DNA of 7,858 bases, from contig RHPI01000772.1 of assembly GCA_009103225.1 (NCBI GenBank), positions 153,110 through 160,967 of the forward strand, read 5' to 3'. Made by a program: the position numbers and the translations under genes. This DNA is from Chlorokybus atmophyticus (Eukaryota; Plantae; Mesostigma and Chlorokybus algae). The notes below the pieces were generated by a model. It made no database searches. It saw only the letters and a list, made by a program, of their open reading frames with translations, and was not told the origin of the DNA. Positions 7,032 to 7,858 of this stretch are shown piece after piece; within the stretch, counting starts at the first letter, position 1; the number at the start of each line of letters is the position of its first letter.

Positions 7032-7112
7032 GCCGCAGCCGCTGTAGCCGCCTACAATTGCAGTTGCAGCTGCTGCAGCTGCTACAGCAGCTACAGCAGC
7101 AGGCACTGCTGC
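7032..7112. repeat. Degenerate (GCA/GCT)n trinucleotide low-complexity tract
   Basis: gcagctgctgcagctgctacagcagctacagcagcagg and flanking gccgcagccgctgtagccgcc. Confidence 0.7.
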
Positions 7113-7746
7113 GGCGCTATAGCTGTAGCATTAACCTCCACCACAATTGAATCAAACCGTTGGGCTGTGTCGTCAACAGTCAAGCACATATGCATGCACG
7201 CCTGCACATGAATGCACTTGAACACCGGTCTGCATGCGTGCACTCAGTGCAGGCTGCTCAGCACTTGTCCACCATCTATAAGCCTTTGCTGCTTGTTGTG
7301 ACCAAGGTATGTCACAATGGACTATCCGATGTCATGGCCAATTGCATGCTTGCATTGTGAGACTTTGCCTAAGGCAGCCAGCGTTGCTTGTGTGGATGCA
7401 CCTGCACGGTTTCAGCCTCATTGTTGTATTTAGGTAAAGCAATGTCAGCCAGCAACCGCGCATGCACTATTTTGCTGGGACGTTTGCACATGGCTTGTGC
7501 AACCAAGGCATGTACATGCTTGCTCCACTCTTGTTATGTACTTGCATACTAGCTACAACCATTACAAGCATGTACAAGCTTATAGAGCTAGTTTAGTGTG
7601 CTTTGTATTTGCACGTGCAGTGACCGTCCAGTCTTTCAGCGCAACTCCTCGTCACCCCAACTCAAATGCTGGCAGGGTGTCACGCGCACGCGCATGCACG
7701 CACGCGCAAGAGAAGCTTATGCACCACCATGGCTGCAACTGTCTTG

Positions 7747-7832
7747 ATGGGGGTTGGTGGGGGTAGTCCAACGCTGCTGCTTAGAGGGTGCAACACTCGG
7801 GAACGCTACAATGAGATTCACCTGAACCGTAG
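7747..7832 (+). other. Possible short exon (MGVGGGSPTLLLRGCNTRERYNEIHLNR)
   Basis: Open frame from ATG 7747 ending at a consensus donor AG|GTGAGT (7833-7838). No homology recognised. Confidence 0.2.
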
Positions 7833-7858
7833 GTGAGTGAAGGGGGGGGGGGGGGGGG

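Noticed and set aside
6740-7211. Ala/Thr/Val-rich ORFs on both strands
   Set aside because: Low-complexity trinucleotide DNA, mutually overlapping frames and no recognisable domain. A decayed exon cannot be excluded but is not supportable.
7791-7804. CAACA...GGAAC as possible 3' LTR end plus target-site duplication
   Set aside because: Four extra bases separate the two motifs and the upstream sequence has no similarity to the 5' LTR.
7842-7858. 17-nt poly-G (G-quadruplex potential)
   Set aside because: It runs to the window edge and could be an intronic G-run or a sequencing/assembly artefact.

Overview
Eukaryotic, repeat-rich nuclear DNA, probably from a chlorophyte green alga (inferred from GT-AG introns, GC-rich repeats and four TGTAA motifs in the LTR). 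The clearest element is a Ty1/copia LTR retrotransposon: 5' LTR 3841-4263, a half-tRNA-iMet (Hemivirus-type) primer site, and an uninterrupted gag-protease-integrase ORF. The element breaks off just after the integrase core (~6326), with no RT, RNase H or 3' LTR in the window. It sits in what looks like a decayed spliced gene on the minus strand (2842-3839). The sequence replacing its 3' half starts with CAGGG and carries four ACCA-N4-TGGT dyads. The same dyad builds a 1.27-kb hierarchical palindrome array at 1373-2637 (110-bp units nested in two ~0.5-kb blocks), followed by CCCTG. The simplest reading is subterminal protein-binding arrays of an unidentified, possibly hAT-like, DNA transposon family, but no transposase is visible. 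A multi-stem structured segment at 354-544 is unexplained. All coordinates and counts were read by eye and no database search was run.
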